A DNA stretch of 64,000 bases from Monocercomonoides exilis PA203. Its lineage: Eukaryota > Protista > Preaxostyla. Shown here piece by piece: positions 24,143 to 35,832 of the stretch (position 1 is its first letter; each line of letters starts with the position of its first letter). The notes under the pieces are model-generated. The model was given only the letters and a program-made list of their open reading frames with translations. It did no database searches and was not told the origin of the DNA. Location: contig LSRY02000023.1 of assembly GCA_001643675.2 (NCBI GenBank), positions 1,282,701-1,346,700 of the forward strand, written 5' to 3'. A program made the translations under genes and the position numbers.

Positions 24143-27059
24143 ATGAGCGAAATTGATTCTACTGTCCTAGGAGAAGTGTCTTCTGGCCTTCGTGTGGTGG
24201 ATGGTTTTTTTTATTATGTTAAACCAAATCTCGATGTTGATGGAGACGGAAACATATCACGAAACGACATTCATACATTTTCTTCATATCATTTTCCAAA
24301 ATGGAAAGGGGAAATGATTGATGAAGTATTTTTTTCATTTTTTTAATTCTCGATAAAATATTCTTTTTTAGATGTTTAACGAAATAGACATAAATCAGGA
24401 TGACGTACTTGATGAATTTGAATGTCTTCAAGGAACCTATATTGTTCCCTTCAAGGTGCATCGAAATCAGTTTATTGAGTTACTCAAAAAAGCTGCTCCT
24501 CCAACAATTTCTTTATTTAAATATGCTGAAAGTGGAAAGAGATTGGCATCAAGCTTACGAACTTCAGTCAGTAGTAAAGCAAGTGCCGCACAAGGAACTG
24601 GACTCAGAGATTCTTATGAACGTACTTTTAATGCAAAGCATTCGTCTCCCGATCAAATGGGAAATCATTCCATCAGACATATTGGCTTTGCTCAAAAACG
24701 TCTTTTTGATTCAGTTATCAAGGAATCGCCATCTAGAGATAAATCTAAGGAAGGCAACAATCATAAAATTGTTCCAGGCGAAGGTGTTGCTGCGATGAGA
24801 TCTTCAACGCCTTTGTTTGGGATGCGCGATCAAATGGACGGTAATGCTGCTTCTCCCCGACTTCCATCCGCAGCACATTCGAGAAGCTACTCCCCAACAA
24901 TACTTTCATTCGACGATGAAAGCACATTTGGAACCACAAAGCGAAGCTTGACAAACAAAAAATCCCCTTCTCATCTATCAGGGACGAGCCCTCAATCGAC
25001 ATTTGGAAAATACCAATATTCCGTTCCTTCAGCCGCAACAACCGCAAATTCCGCTACTCGCCCCGCCGGTACTCAACGCTCTTCGAAGCTGCGTGTGTCC
25101 TCCTTCAGCTTCTCTCCTGTGCCATCCTCTGCCACAGCCCTTCCTTCTGCACGCATCTCCTCTGCCCCTTCCATCCAGACACGGGCAACCCCCTTTTCGC
25201 CTGCCCCGCCGCTCGTTCTGCGCGACAATGCTGCCTCTGTCGAAGCTGCCACGAGCATCCTCCACAACGGCGAACCTTTCCGCACACGCTTCAAGCCGTC
25301 GACTGTCTACGACATCAAAAAGGCTGCTCTGAAGGACGCTGACCACACACCCGCTGAGCCCTTCCAGTTTCGCCCAGACCTCGACGCCTTCTTCCCCACC
25401 GACGAGGACATTCGAAGAGGAAAGCAGTCTGCGCGCCAGTCGCCTCTGATCGCGCCTTCCTCGTCGTTCTCTTCTCCTCACTCGCCTCTCTATCCGCTGA
25501 CAGCCTCTCCGCCTGACCCTTCTCCACTCACATCGACATTTGGTGGGACAAGACCTGCATTCACCACGCGGCTGCATCAGAACAGCGGGTACTTCTCTGT
25601 GCCTGCGTCGGATGAGGATGTGCTGGCGGAGAGGAAGAGGGAGGAGGAGAGGAAGGAAGAGGAGAGGAGGAGGAGGAGGGAGAGGTGGATGAAGGAGAGA
25701 GAGGTGAGAAGGAAGGAGAGAGTGAACGAGGGATTTGACTTTGATTTTGGAGAGGAAGAAGATGAAAGTGAAGGAGAAAGAGTAGGAAACATCAGCATGA
25801 AAGAAAGTGATAATCTTGGCAGCACATTTAAAAGCAATTCACAAATGAGAGGCGAAAAAGGAGAAGGAGAAGGAGAAGAAGATTTCAATAAAACAGTTCT
25901 TCCTCCTCCTTCGTATCCTTCTCAAACATTCGGAAAGACTGCAATTTCCAGTTATATTGGTGTGTCTGCTGCGAAAGAGCGCTCTTATCTGCCTCGCAAT
26001 GACGAGAAATCTGTCTTTTCTTCTTCTTCTTCTGCCTCTTCTGACATTCTCACCTCAAACACTTCACATATCAAGCCCTCTCCTTCCTCCTCCTTCTCCT
26101 ACACAACCACCCATCACCCCTCTGCTCCAGGCAACACAACCAGCTTCGGCTCATTCCTTTCCCGCACACACTCCGATCAGCATTCCTTTGAAGAGCCTTC
26201 GCCGACGTCGCCGAATGCCATTGAAAGATATCTCGATGGCTGGCAGCCACGAACCACGCCAGTAGCAGCAGACTATGTCTATGCAGGTGTGAATGTGCCA
26301 GCGCTGGAGGTGAAAGGAGGGGTGGGTGCGATGGCAGAGGAGGAAGAGGCAGAGAGGAAGGAGAGGAAGGAGAGGGAAGCATTTGAAGAGAGGGAGAGAG
26401 GGATGCCAGAGGAGTATGTGCTGGGAAGAGGGGCAGGCAGGCAGCAGCTGTTCGGAGAGACAGGAAGAGAAGCAGACGAAGCAGGAAGTTGTGTGCTGAA
26501 TGCGACAAGCTCAACGGCAGCTGTGGGAAGAAGGGAGAAGCTCATTCCGAAGGTGTCTCCGCGGCTGAATGAGCTGTGCACTCCGAGGCAGAAGAGAGCA
26601 AAGTATCAGACACAAACACAAACAATGGCACAGACACAGCTGATTGGAGAGGCAGCACAACTTTCTCCTGCCTCAGTCACTGCACATGCCACTTCGAGTT
26701 CTGCTTATCTTTCAGCCCAGCCATCCACACAGGGGTCGTATTACTCTCCTTCTGTCTCCTCCTCCCTCTCATCCACTGAGCTCTTCTTTGCCCCTCCCAA
26801 GCCGAAGCCGAAGTGGATCAGTCATTTCCCTCCCCCTCATCCAGACGAGCAGCTTGCATCGCACACGAAGCACCCGCTCCTCGGCAACGAGCCCTTCCCG
26901 TCTGACTCTGCAAGGCTGGCGCGGCTGGACAGGAAGGCGCGCGACCTGATCGTCCGCGTCGGCGCTGCCCCCGACCAGCCAGAGTTCAAAGTGGCCTTCA
27001 GAACACTCCGCCCATCGGATGTGTTTGCATCTCTGGGGGAACAGATACCGATTTTGTAG
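24143..27059 (+). CDS. EF-hand-containing protein with long Ser/Pro-rich tail (5' exons uncertain)
   Basis: EF-hand-like loops DVDGDGNISRND and DINQDDVLDEFE on either side of a phase-0 GT-AG intron 24326-24371; 895-aa terminal exon. Confidence 0.65.
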
Positions 27060-27487
27060 TGGAATAGGACGTTTTTTCTTTCTTTCTTTCTTCTTTTTTG
27101 AATGCTTTTATGTGGGCATACATATTTTTATTAAAGTTAAAAGTTGGATTTTGTACCTTCGTCTTTCATCTCATTTTTCAATAAAAGTTTTTTTTTTTGT
27201 TAATTTATATAAATGTTTTTTATAACAGTTCATCTCACTTAAATTTATCCTCCATTTCGAATATTAAAAATATTTATATTTTTATGGAAATGTTACAGCT
27301 TGTTTTGTTTAATGGAATGGAATAAATCACACAAAATGTTTGAAAGCCTTGTTATACTTCAGATCAAAAGGGTTTGCGATTTTTTGATTACTGATTTGCA
27401 TTAAAATTTAAATGCGTTTTTCAAACTTTATTTTTTTGCTTTTTTATGTGTCATTGTTGAACTTTGCTCTTTCGTTTTGCATAAAGC

Positions 27488-28459
27488 ATGGCACTTGGAA
27501 AAAACAAGAAATTGTCCAAAGGAACAAAGAAGGGAGGAAAAAAGAAGGTGTATGTAAATGTACCTTATTTATTTATTAAGTTTTTTCATCATGTAATTAT
27601 TAAAAAGTGTTGATCCATTTGCGCGTAAGGAATGGTACGAAGTGAAAGTTCCAAATTGCTTCACAAACCGTGTTCTTGGAAAGACATTTGTCAACCGTTC
27701 CCAGGGAACAAGTGTGCATTAAGTCTTTGCATTACCTGAAGCATTTAACAATCCATATTTTGTGAATTTTTACTATTTATGGATATAACTTGTAATTTTT
27801 AATTTTCTGTAATTTTTCGAATAGAACTTGCAAAGGATGCTTTGAAAGGTCGCGTTTTTGAAGCATTCCTTGCTGATCTTAACCAGGGTGGTGATGTTGA
27901 TCAATTCCGCAAAATCCGCTTGAGATGCGAGGATGTTCAAGGAGCCAACTGCTTGACCAACTTCCACGGAATGACAATCACAGCTGACAAATTGCGCTCA
28001 ATGATCAAGAAGTGGCAAACTCTTATTGAGGCGCATGCAGATGTTAAGACAAGCGACGGATACGTTCTTCGCGTATTCTGCATCGGCTTCACACGTCACT
28101 TGAGAGGATCAGTCAAGAAGACGGCCTACGCTCAAGGCCAAAAAGTTCGCCAAATCAGAAAGAAGATGGTTGAAGTCATCCGCCGTCAATGCCAGGAAAG
28201 CGATCTTCGCGGCGTTGTTGTGAAGCTTCAAACAGAATCGATGGGAAAAGAGATTGAAAAAGTTACAAAGACAATTTTCCCTCTCCACAATGTTCTTATC
28301 CGCAAAGTGAAAGTTATCAAGGCACCTAAGATGGATGTGTCGAAATTGTTGGAATTCTACTCCGACTCACAATCTGCACAAGCCGCTCAGGCTGCTGCTC
28401 TTGAAGCTGCCGCTGTTCCTGAAACAAAGGAACCAGAACAAGAACAGGTTGCTGCATAA
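27488..28459 (+). CDS. RPS3A: 40S ribosomal protein eS1 (S3a)
   Basis: Exons 27488-27549, 27608-27711 and 27825-28459 give [31 protein letters not shown]...[13 protein letters not shown]...TNFHGM...[10 protein letters not shown]...[19 protein letters not shown]. Confidence 0.97.
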
Positions 28460-28758
28460 CTAATATTTTTTTAATATCATAAAGTGCCATCAAAACAATT
28501 AACAATTTGAAAGGGTATTTTTTTATATATATATTTAAAAAAAAGATGATTTTTAGCTTTGTTTTAAATATGGAAAACTCGAAAAGAGAGAAAAATGATT
28601 CAATAAATTATTATTCATTTGTTCCACACCTGCATCCAAGTTAATTTATTGTTTCGTTTTTATTTCAAATTTATCTATATTATCAAATAGTCATAAATAA
28701 TCAAGGCGGCACGATGAAAATTTTTTGTTGCATGTGTTGATAGAAAAAAAGTTAAAGC

Positions 28759-28796
<38 letters not shown>

Positions 28797-28952
28797 ACTT
28801 AAATTGAGAATTTATGTTTTTGTTGATTTATAGTTATAACTTTACAAAAAGAATATTCCTTTTCAAAAATTTTTGTTCCTATCTGATATTATAACATAGC
28901 GTTTTCATAATTTTTATATTTCAAAATTCTTTTTGATGTTTTTACTTTTTGG

Positions 28953-29168
28953 TAATTGGCTGATCCTTTTTGAAATCATACTTTCGTTCGAGTTTCAATC
29001 AAAATTTTTATCTCAATGGGATTTTGAAAATTTGAGTTTGAACTGAAAATACTTATTGTTTATGATGCAGTTCTTGCAGAAACAAAATTTTTGCAAAAAT
29101 CCAATTGAGAATAAAATTTTGGTCAAAACTCGAACGAAAGTTTGATTTCAAAAAGGATCAGCCAATTA
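28953..29168. mobile_element. Foldback MITE, ~75-bp arms
   Basis: TAATTGGCTGATCCTTTTTGAAATCA.ACTTTCGTTCGAGTTT... is mirrored by ...AAACTCGAACGAAAGTTTGATTTCAAAAAGGATCAGCCAATTA. Confidence 0.85.
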
Positions 29169-29827
29169 TTATCGGAAAAAATTACCATTTTCTTTGTTTC
29201 AATAATTTTTTTGGTATGAACAAAAGATTGTTGTTTATTTTTTTCAAGGAAACAAACTGTTTTTTTCTGAATAAGTTCGTCAAAGGAGTGTCAAAATCTT
29301 GCAAATAGTAAATAAACAGGACAAAAAAATGTGTTTTCCACTTCAAGTTCCACTTCTTATATTCAAATCCTTTTCATTTTCATTTCGTGATTGTAATTGA
29401 AATAACATTTTTTTCTTTCAAAAATGGGGAGATATATTTCTCTTCAGGCATTTTCATAGAAAATTTTTGCACTTTTCATTAACTTTTTGAGAACAAAAAA
29501 CACAATAAAAATGAGTTCATTTTTTGACATTCGTGAAATGTCACAATTCTTTATGTTTTTATTTCAACAATGCCTGTTTTCAGTTATGAAAATCAAATTT
29601 ATTTTGAATTTTGAGGAAGCGAAATGAAGTTATGAGTGAAGAAATTTTTCAATGTGTTTTACAAAAAAAGCTTGAAAGTTCATATTTTCCATCAAATAAT
29701 AGAATTTTAATCAGCTTTAAATATTTGTAATGAACATGAATTCCGTAAGAACAGAAAAGGAGTGAATTTTGTCTTTTATTCAATTTTTTCATTAGCATTT
29801 ATGATAATTGCTATTTTTTTTTTCATT

Positions 29828-30085
29828 TGGGTGATTCTTTTTGAAATCATAACTTTTTTCGGTGTGCTGTTTTTTCAAAGATTGTTTGCCATTGGGTAAA
29901 GATTTTTCATTCAATTGCTTAAGACATCAGAACTGTTTCAAAAACAAATGTTTAAGTTGAATTGAAAACGATGGACTTATGAAAATGCTATTTCTCTTTT
30001 CAATGTTCATTTGTTAATATTCAAGGGAGTTTTTTCGAACCGAAAATTTTGAATAAAAAAATTTGACATCAAAATTAATCACCCA
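29828..30085. mobile_element. MITE of the GGGTGATT-TTTTTGAAA family
   Basis: Starts TGGGTGATTCTTTTTGAAATCAT and ends AATCACCCA; left end resembles 30535 and 28959. Confidence 0.6.
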
Positions 30086-30534
30086 TTTGTATAATTAATA
30101 TTTTGTAAGAAACAAGAAATAGCGCAATAATCAATATTTCTGTAAAAGAAATGATTTTTCAATAATCAACGAGATTCAAGAAACATATAAAAATTCAATT
30201 TCAATGAAACGGAAGTTAAATGATGATTCGAAAAATGAAAAGAATGGCCAAAATTTTGTCTTATTCTTTAAAAAATAGCAGTTGAAAAAACCCAATTAGA
30301 GCAACTCCATTGTTATATTTTGTATTTTTTGGTTCGAGTTGTGATTAAGTTTTTATTTCAATAAAAAAATAAATTCATTTTCACTTCACTTAATTTATCC
30401 CTAAAATCTCTATTCATTTCTCAGATTTCAAAAACAACAGCAGCTTTCAATTTTAACAAACCAAAAGAAAAACCAAAAGAATATTAATCTTTTTGTTCGT
30501 TTGCAGAAACTTTTGTTCTAATAATAATCATCAA

Positions 30535-30798
30535 TATGGGTGATTTTTTTTTGAAATCATCCCTTTTTTCGGTGTGTCAAATTTTAAATTTTATTTTGCA
30601 GACGGAAAGAAAATTACCATTTCCATATTCAATAAATTGCAACTGTAACTGTAGTAAACATTTGAAATGCGTTTATGAAAAAATCTATTCCATATGGTGT
30701 CATTACTTTTAAAAAGTTGATATTCAATAAAGAAAATAATTTTTTAAACAGAGAGAATTTTGAATGAAAAAGTATGAAATCAAAAATAATCACACATA
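30535..30798. mobile_element. MITE of the GGGTGATT-TTTTTGAAA family
   Basis: Starts TATGGGTGATTTTTTTTGAAATCATCCCTTTTTTCGGTGTG and ends AAAATAATCACACATA. Confidence 0.6.
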
Positions 30799-31300
30799 CG
30801 TCAACTCATGCCGGATGAAGAATCTATTTTTAACGTGATGTTTTGTGGTGATTTATTTAAAAACTTTAATTTTTAAAAAACTTATTAACAATTATTCTTT
30901 TGAAACACACATTCAATGTTGTTGCTTGAAATCAAAAAGACGTTACATTTTTCTTGTTTTTAACGAAAGGAAATATAAAAAACCTTTGTAAACAAAAATT
31001 TGGATTAGCTAATTTTGTGTTTGAAATTCAGCTCCATTCAATATTTACTTTTATTTTTCTCAATTTCAATATTTCTTTCTTAATTTTTAAACTTTGTTTT
31101 TTTGAGACTTATATTTATTCAATTACAAAATTAATAATTTCCAATTATTTTATTTGATTTTTTTTCTTAAATGTAACAAAAATTGCACAATTTTTCTAAT
31201 AACGCCCATAAGATATTTAAACATTTTGATCACTTTGGAGTTTTGTTGATTAAATCATTGATTTATCTTTTACAGTGAATCATCCTTCATCGCAAGATAA

Positions 31301-34300
31301 ATGAGCAAAAAAGCAGATGAACCCAGTTTGAAATTTATTTATGAAACAGTGTCACCAAGAGATATGAACCCTGATTCAAAAATCATGGACAAAAATGGAA
31401 AAACAGCAGCCATGCGTTGGATCTTAACAGAGGGAAAAGAGCCTCCTGAGCGTTTGCGGCACGACGTTGCAATTACTGATAATTGGGGACAAACAATGGC
31501 AATGCTATGGGTGGCATGCATAAAAACGGATCCTCCAGAATGGATGCGACACGGGAATGCTGCTGGAGACGAGAACGGATGGACTATGGCCATGTTTTGG
31601 ATTCGATTTGTAAAAACAGAACCACCTTATTGGATGCGACACGAGCCTCAATTGAAGGACAAATGGGGGAAAACAATGGCAATGCATTGGATAAAATATA
31701 TCAAGACAGATCCTCCGGAATGGATGAGACACGAAAATACATTCGCAGACAATTTCGGATGGACAATGGCTATGTTTTGGATTGAGCATGTGAATGTAGA
31801 ACCGCCAGAATGGATGAGGCACAACAACACGCTTTGTGATGTTGAAGGAAGGACAATGGCGATGCAATGGATAGAAAATTTGAAAAAAGAACCACCTGAA
31901 TGGATGAGACATGATTTTATGCTCAAAGATAAAAACGAATTAATTATGGCAATGAAGTGGATTATATATATTCAAACAGAGCCACCAGAATGGATGCGAT
32001 ATGGGATTACAATCGGAGACGAAGAAGGACTGGAAATGGCGAAGTATTGGATGGAATTTGTCAGAAAAAAACCACCTAAATGGATGCTCCAGGGAATGAC
32101 AACAAGGGATAAAGACGGAAAGACAGCAGCGATGAATTGGATCATAAAATACAAGACAGAACCACCGGAATGGATGCGACATGATGCTACAATTGGAGAT
32201 GAATATGGACTGACAATGGCAATGAAATGGATTGCAAATGTTAAGGCGGAACCTCCAGAATGGATGAGGCATAATAACACACTTGCAGATAAATTAGGAC
32301 AAACAATGGCAATGAAGTGGATCGAAAATGTCAAAACAGAACCTCCAGAATGGATGCGACTCGACAATATGTTTGGAGACAAAGATGGGAAAACATCAGC
32401 AATGAATTGGATTATAAAATACAAGACCGAACCACCAAAATGGATGCGGCATAATATTTCACTCGGCGACAACGATGGAAAGACTATGGCAATGCGATGG
32501 ATTGAGAAAGTCAAAACAGAACCTCCAAAATGGATGCAACATGGAATTACACTTGCTGATAATTTGGGCCGGACAATGGCCATGCTGTGGATTTATTTTG
32601 TGAAGACAGAACCACCAGAATGGATGCGTCATGGCATCACACTTAGAAACAATGATGGATGGACGATGGCAATGATATGGATTGCGTGTTTGAAAGCAGA
32701 GCCACCAAAATGGTTACGACATAGCAATATCCTTGGAGATAAATACGGATGGACTTTGGCTATGTTTTGGATTGAATATCTACAAACAGAGCCACCGGAA
32801 TGGATGCGGCATGATATTGCGCTTGCAGATAATGATGGACGGACTATGGCTATGTTTTGGATAAGATTTACTGGAACAGAACCCCCGGAATGGATGAGAC
32901 ATGATATTACACTTGGAGACAAAGACGGATGGACAATGGCTATGCTTTGGATTTTTCAAGTTAAAACTGAACCACCAGAATGGATGCGGCATGATATTAC
33001 ACTTTCAGATAAGAATGGATGGACAATGGCCATGTTTTGGATGAGATTTATTGAAACAGAACCTCCAGAATGGATGAAACATGAGATTGGGATTTATGAT
33101 GAAGAAGGTCTGGCAATGGCGAAGTATTGGATAGAAAATATGAAAATGGAGCCACCGAAATGGATGCTCCAAGGCATTGCGATTGGTGACAAAGAAGGGA
33201 AGACAGCGGCAATGAAGTGGATTATAAAATATAAGACCAACCCACCTGAATGGATGAGACACGAAATTACGCTAAGAGACAAACAAGGAAGAACAATGGC
33301 AATGCACTGGATAGAAAATGTTAAAACAGAACCACCAAAATGGATGAGGCACATCAATACCCTTGTAGATGAATTTGAACAAACAATGGCCATGAGATGG
33401 ATTTATTGTGTTGGAGCAGAACCACCCGAATGGATGAGGCATGACACTACAATAATTGACGAATATGGATGGACAATGGCCATGCTCTGGATTGCAAATG
33501 TCAAGACAGAAATGCCCAGATGGATGCGATGTGGGAATGATTTGAGAGATAAATGGGGAGAAACAATGGCTATGCTTTGGATTATTCATGTTAAAACCGA
33601 TCCACCCGAATGGATGAGACACAGCATTACACTTGCTGATAAATCGGGACAAACAATGGCAATGCACTGGATTGAAAATGCTAAGACTGATCCACCAGAA
33701 TGGATAAGACATGAAATTACTCTTGGAGATAATGAAGGAAGGACAATGGCAATGCTTTGGATAGAATTTGTTAGAACAAATCCTCCATTATGGATGCAAC
33801 ATGAAATTTCTCATGGAGATAAATCGGGACGAACAATGGCGATGAAATGGATAGAAAACATAAAATCAAATCCTCCTGAATGGATGCTCCATGGCATTGC
33901 AATTGGCGACGAAGAAGGAAGGACAATGGCAATGCATTGGATAGAATTTGTTAAAACAGTTCCACCAGAGTGGATGCGACACGACATAACACTTTGCAGC
34001 AAAAATCAAAAAACCATGGCGATGATATGGATCGATCACACAAAAACCGAACCACCAGAATGGATGCGACATGATATTTCTCTTGGTGACATTGAAGGAA
34101 GGACAATGGCAATTCACTGGATCGAATATGTTAAGACAGAACCGCCAGAATGGATGAGACATGGAATTTCAATTTTCGACGAAGAAGGACTGGAAATGGC
34201 GAAGTATTGGATGGAATTTGTCAGAAAAAAACCACCTAAATGGATGCTCCAGGGAATGACAACAAGGGATAAAGACGGAAAGACAGCAGCGATGAATTGG

Positions 34301-35077
34301 ATCATAAAATATAAGATCCAGCCACCAGAATGGATGAGACACGAAATTACTCTTACAGATAATGTCGCATGGACAATGGCCATGTACTGGATTGCAAACG
34401 TCAATACTGATCCTCCTGAATGGATGCGACAAGGAATTGCAATTTATGATGAAGAAGGATTGAAAATGGCTAGGCTCTGGACTGAGTATGTCAGAAAAGA
34501 GCCACCGAAATGGATGCTCCAGGACATTGCGATTGGCGACAAAGAAGGAAAGACAGCAGCAATGAGGTGGATCATAAAATACAAAACCGACCCACCCGAA
34601 TGGATGAGACACGACAGTATGCTCAGTGATAAAAAAGAAAGAACCATGGCAATGCACTGGATAGTGTATGCTAAGACAGAACCACCAAAATGGATGAGGC
34701 ACAGCATCATTCTTCTTGATAATTGGGGGCAAACGATGGCGATGAAGTGGATAGGAAATATAAAAACGGAGCCACCAGAATGGATGCGACACGACATTAC
34801 CCTTGCAGATAAGGAAGGATGGACAATGGCCATGCTTTGGATATTTCATATTAAAAGAGATCCGCCAAAATGGATGCAACATGAAATTACACTTGCAGAT
34901 AAATTTGGACGAACAATGGCAATGAAGTGGATAGAATGCGTCAAAACAGAACCTCCAGAATGGATGAGACATCTGATTACCATTTCGGATAAGGATGGAC
35001 GGACAATGATCACGTTCTGGAAAAGTTTTGTTGGAACAGAGCCACCGCGCTGGATGAAAACTTGTTTTATATTTTAA
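31301..35077 (+). CDS. Tandem-repeat protein, ~41 gap-free 30-aa repeats (consensus DKxGxTMAMxWIxxVKTEPPEWMRHDITLx), distantly ankyrin-like
   Basis: 1258-aa intronless ORF; TGGATG recurs every 90 nt from 31541 to 35051. Confidence 0.9.
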   Translation: MSKKADEPSLKFIYETVSPRDMNPDSKIMDKNGKTAAMRWILTEGKEPPERLRHDVAITDNWGQTMAMLWVACIKTDPPEWMRHGNAAGDENGWTMAMFWIRFVKTEPPYWMRHEPQLKDKWGKTMAMHWIKYIKTDPPEWMRHENTFADNFGWTMAMFWIEHVNVEPPEWMRHNNTLCDVEGRTMAMQWIENLKKEPPEWMRHDFMLKDKNELIMAMKWIIYIQTEPPEWMRYGITIGDEEGLEMAKYWMEFVRKKPPKWMLQGMTTRDKDGKTAAMNWIIKYKTEPPEWMRHDATIGDEYGLTMAMKWIANVKAEPPEWMRHNNTLADKLGQTMAMKWIENVKTEPPEWMRLDNMFGDKDGKTSAMNWIIKYKTEPPKWMRHNISLGDNDGKTMAMRWIEKVKTEPPKWMQHGITLADNLGRTMAMLWIYFVKTEPPEWMRHGITLRNNDGWTMAMIWIACLKAEPPKWLRHSNILGDKYGWTLAMFWIEYLQTEPPEWMRHDIALADNDGRTMAMFWIRFTGTEPPEWMRHDITLGDKDGWTMAMLWIFQVKTEPPEWMRHDITLSDKNGWTMAMFWMRFIETEPPEWMKHEIGIYDEEGLAMAKYWIENMKMEPPKWMLQGIAIGDKEGKTAAMKWIIKYKTNPPEWMRHEITLRDKQGRTMAMHWIENVKTEPPKWMRHINTLVDEFEQTMAMRWIYCVGAEPPEWMRHDTTIIDEYGWTMAMLWIANVKTEMPRWMRCGNDLRDKWGETMAMLWIIHVKTDPPEWMRHSITLADKSGQTMAMHWIENAKTDPPEWIRHEITLGDNEGRTMAMLWIEFVRTNPPLWMQHEISHGDKSGRTMAMKWIENIKSNPPEWMLHGIAIGDEEGRTMAMHWIEFVKTVPPEWMRHDITLCSKNQKTMAMIWIDHTKTEPPEWMRHDISLGDIEGRTMAIHWIEYVKTEPPEWMRHGISIFDEEGLEMAKYWMEFVRKKPPKWMLQGMTTRDKDGKTAAMNWIIKYKIQPPEWMRHEITLTDNVAWTMAMYWIANVNTDPPEWMRQGIAIYDEEGLKMARLWTEYVRKEPPKWMLQDIAIGDKEGKTAAMRWIIKYKTDPPEWMRHDSMLSDKKERTMAMHWIVYAKTEPPKWMRHSIILLDNWGQTMAMKWIGNIKTEPPEWMRHDITLADKEGWTMAMLWIFHIKRDPPKWMQHEITLADKFGRTMAMKWIECVKTEPPEWMRHLITISDKDGRTMITFWKSFVGTEPPRWMKTCFIF

Positions 35078-35448
35078 AAGCGTAATTTGAAATCTAAATT
35101 GTTATTGATTCTCCAACAAAATAAACTCATTTAAATATTGGTTTTTTTAACAAAACTAAATAACCGTTTCACACATCAGTCGAAACCATTTCATTCATTT
35201 AAGATCTTCAACTAAAAATTTTAATTCTCTCTCCCTCTTCACATGTTTTTTTTTTTACATTGTCAATCCATTTTTGACTCTTTCTGGAATCATTCTTTGA
35301 TTCTATTGATTCGCGGAGTGCTCTTGAATTTTCATTTGTCTTTTTTAAAAAATTAAAAAAAATAATCAATATAAATAATTATAATATCTTGTTTATGCTT
35401 TTCAATTTATAACAGCATACGTTGAAATGAACAAGTTGAACCACCATA

Positions 35449-35832
35449 AAAAAAAAAAAAAAAAAAAAAATTAAAAATAAAAATAAAATAAAATAAAATA
35501 AAATAAAATAAAATAAAATAAAATAAAAATAAAATAAAATAAAATAAAATAAAATAAAATAAAATAAAATAAAATAAAATAAAATAAAATAAAATAAAAT
35601 AAAATAAAATAAAATAAAATAAAATAAAATAAAATAAAATAAAATAAAATAAAAATAAAATAAAATAAAATAAAATAAAATAAAATAAAATAAAATAAAA
35701 TAAAATAAAATAAAATAAAATAAAATAAAATAAAATAAAATAAAATAAAATAAAATAAAATAAAATAAAATAAAATAAAATAAAATAAAATAAAATAAAA
35801 TAAAATAAAATAAAATAAAATAAAATAAAAAT
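35449..35832 (+). repeat. poly(A) followed by (AAAAT)n microsatellite
   Basis: Direct reading; about 70 pentamer units. Confidence 0.97.

Noticed and set aside
27712-27824. Intronic snoRNA in RPS3A intron 2
   Set aside because: A CTGA and a 7-bp hairpin are present, but no box C (RTGATGA) or convincing H/ACA layout.
31451-35060. Regular 90-nt periodicity resembling a CRISPR array
   Set aside because: It is one open frame with codon-position variation; no invariant repeat/unique spacer structure, and the context is eukaryotic.
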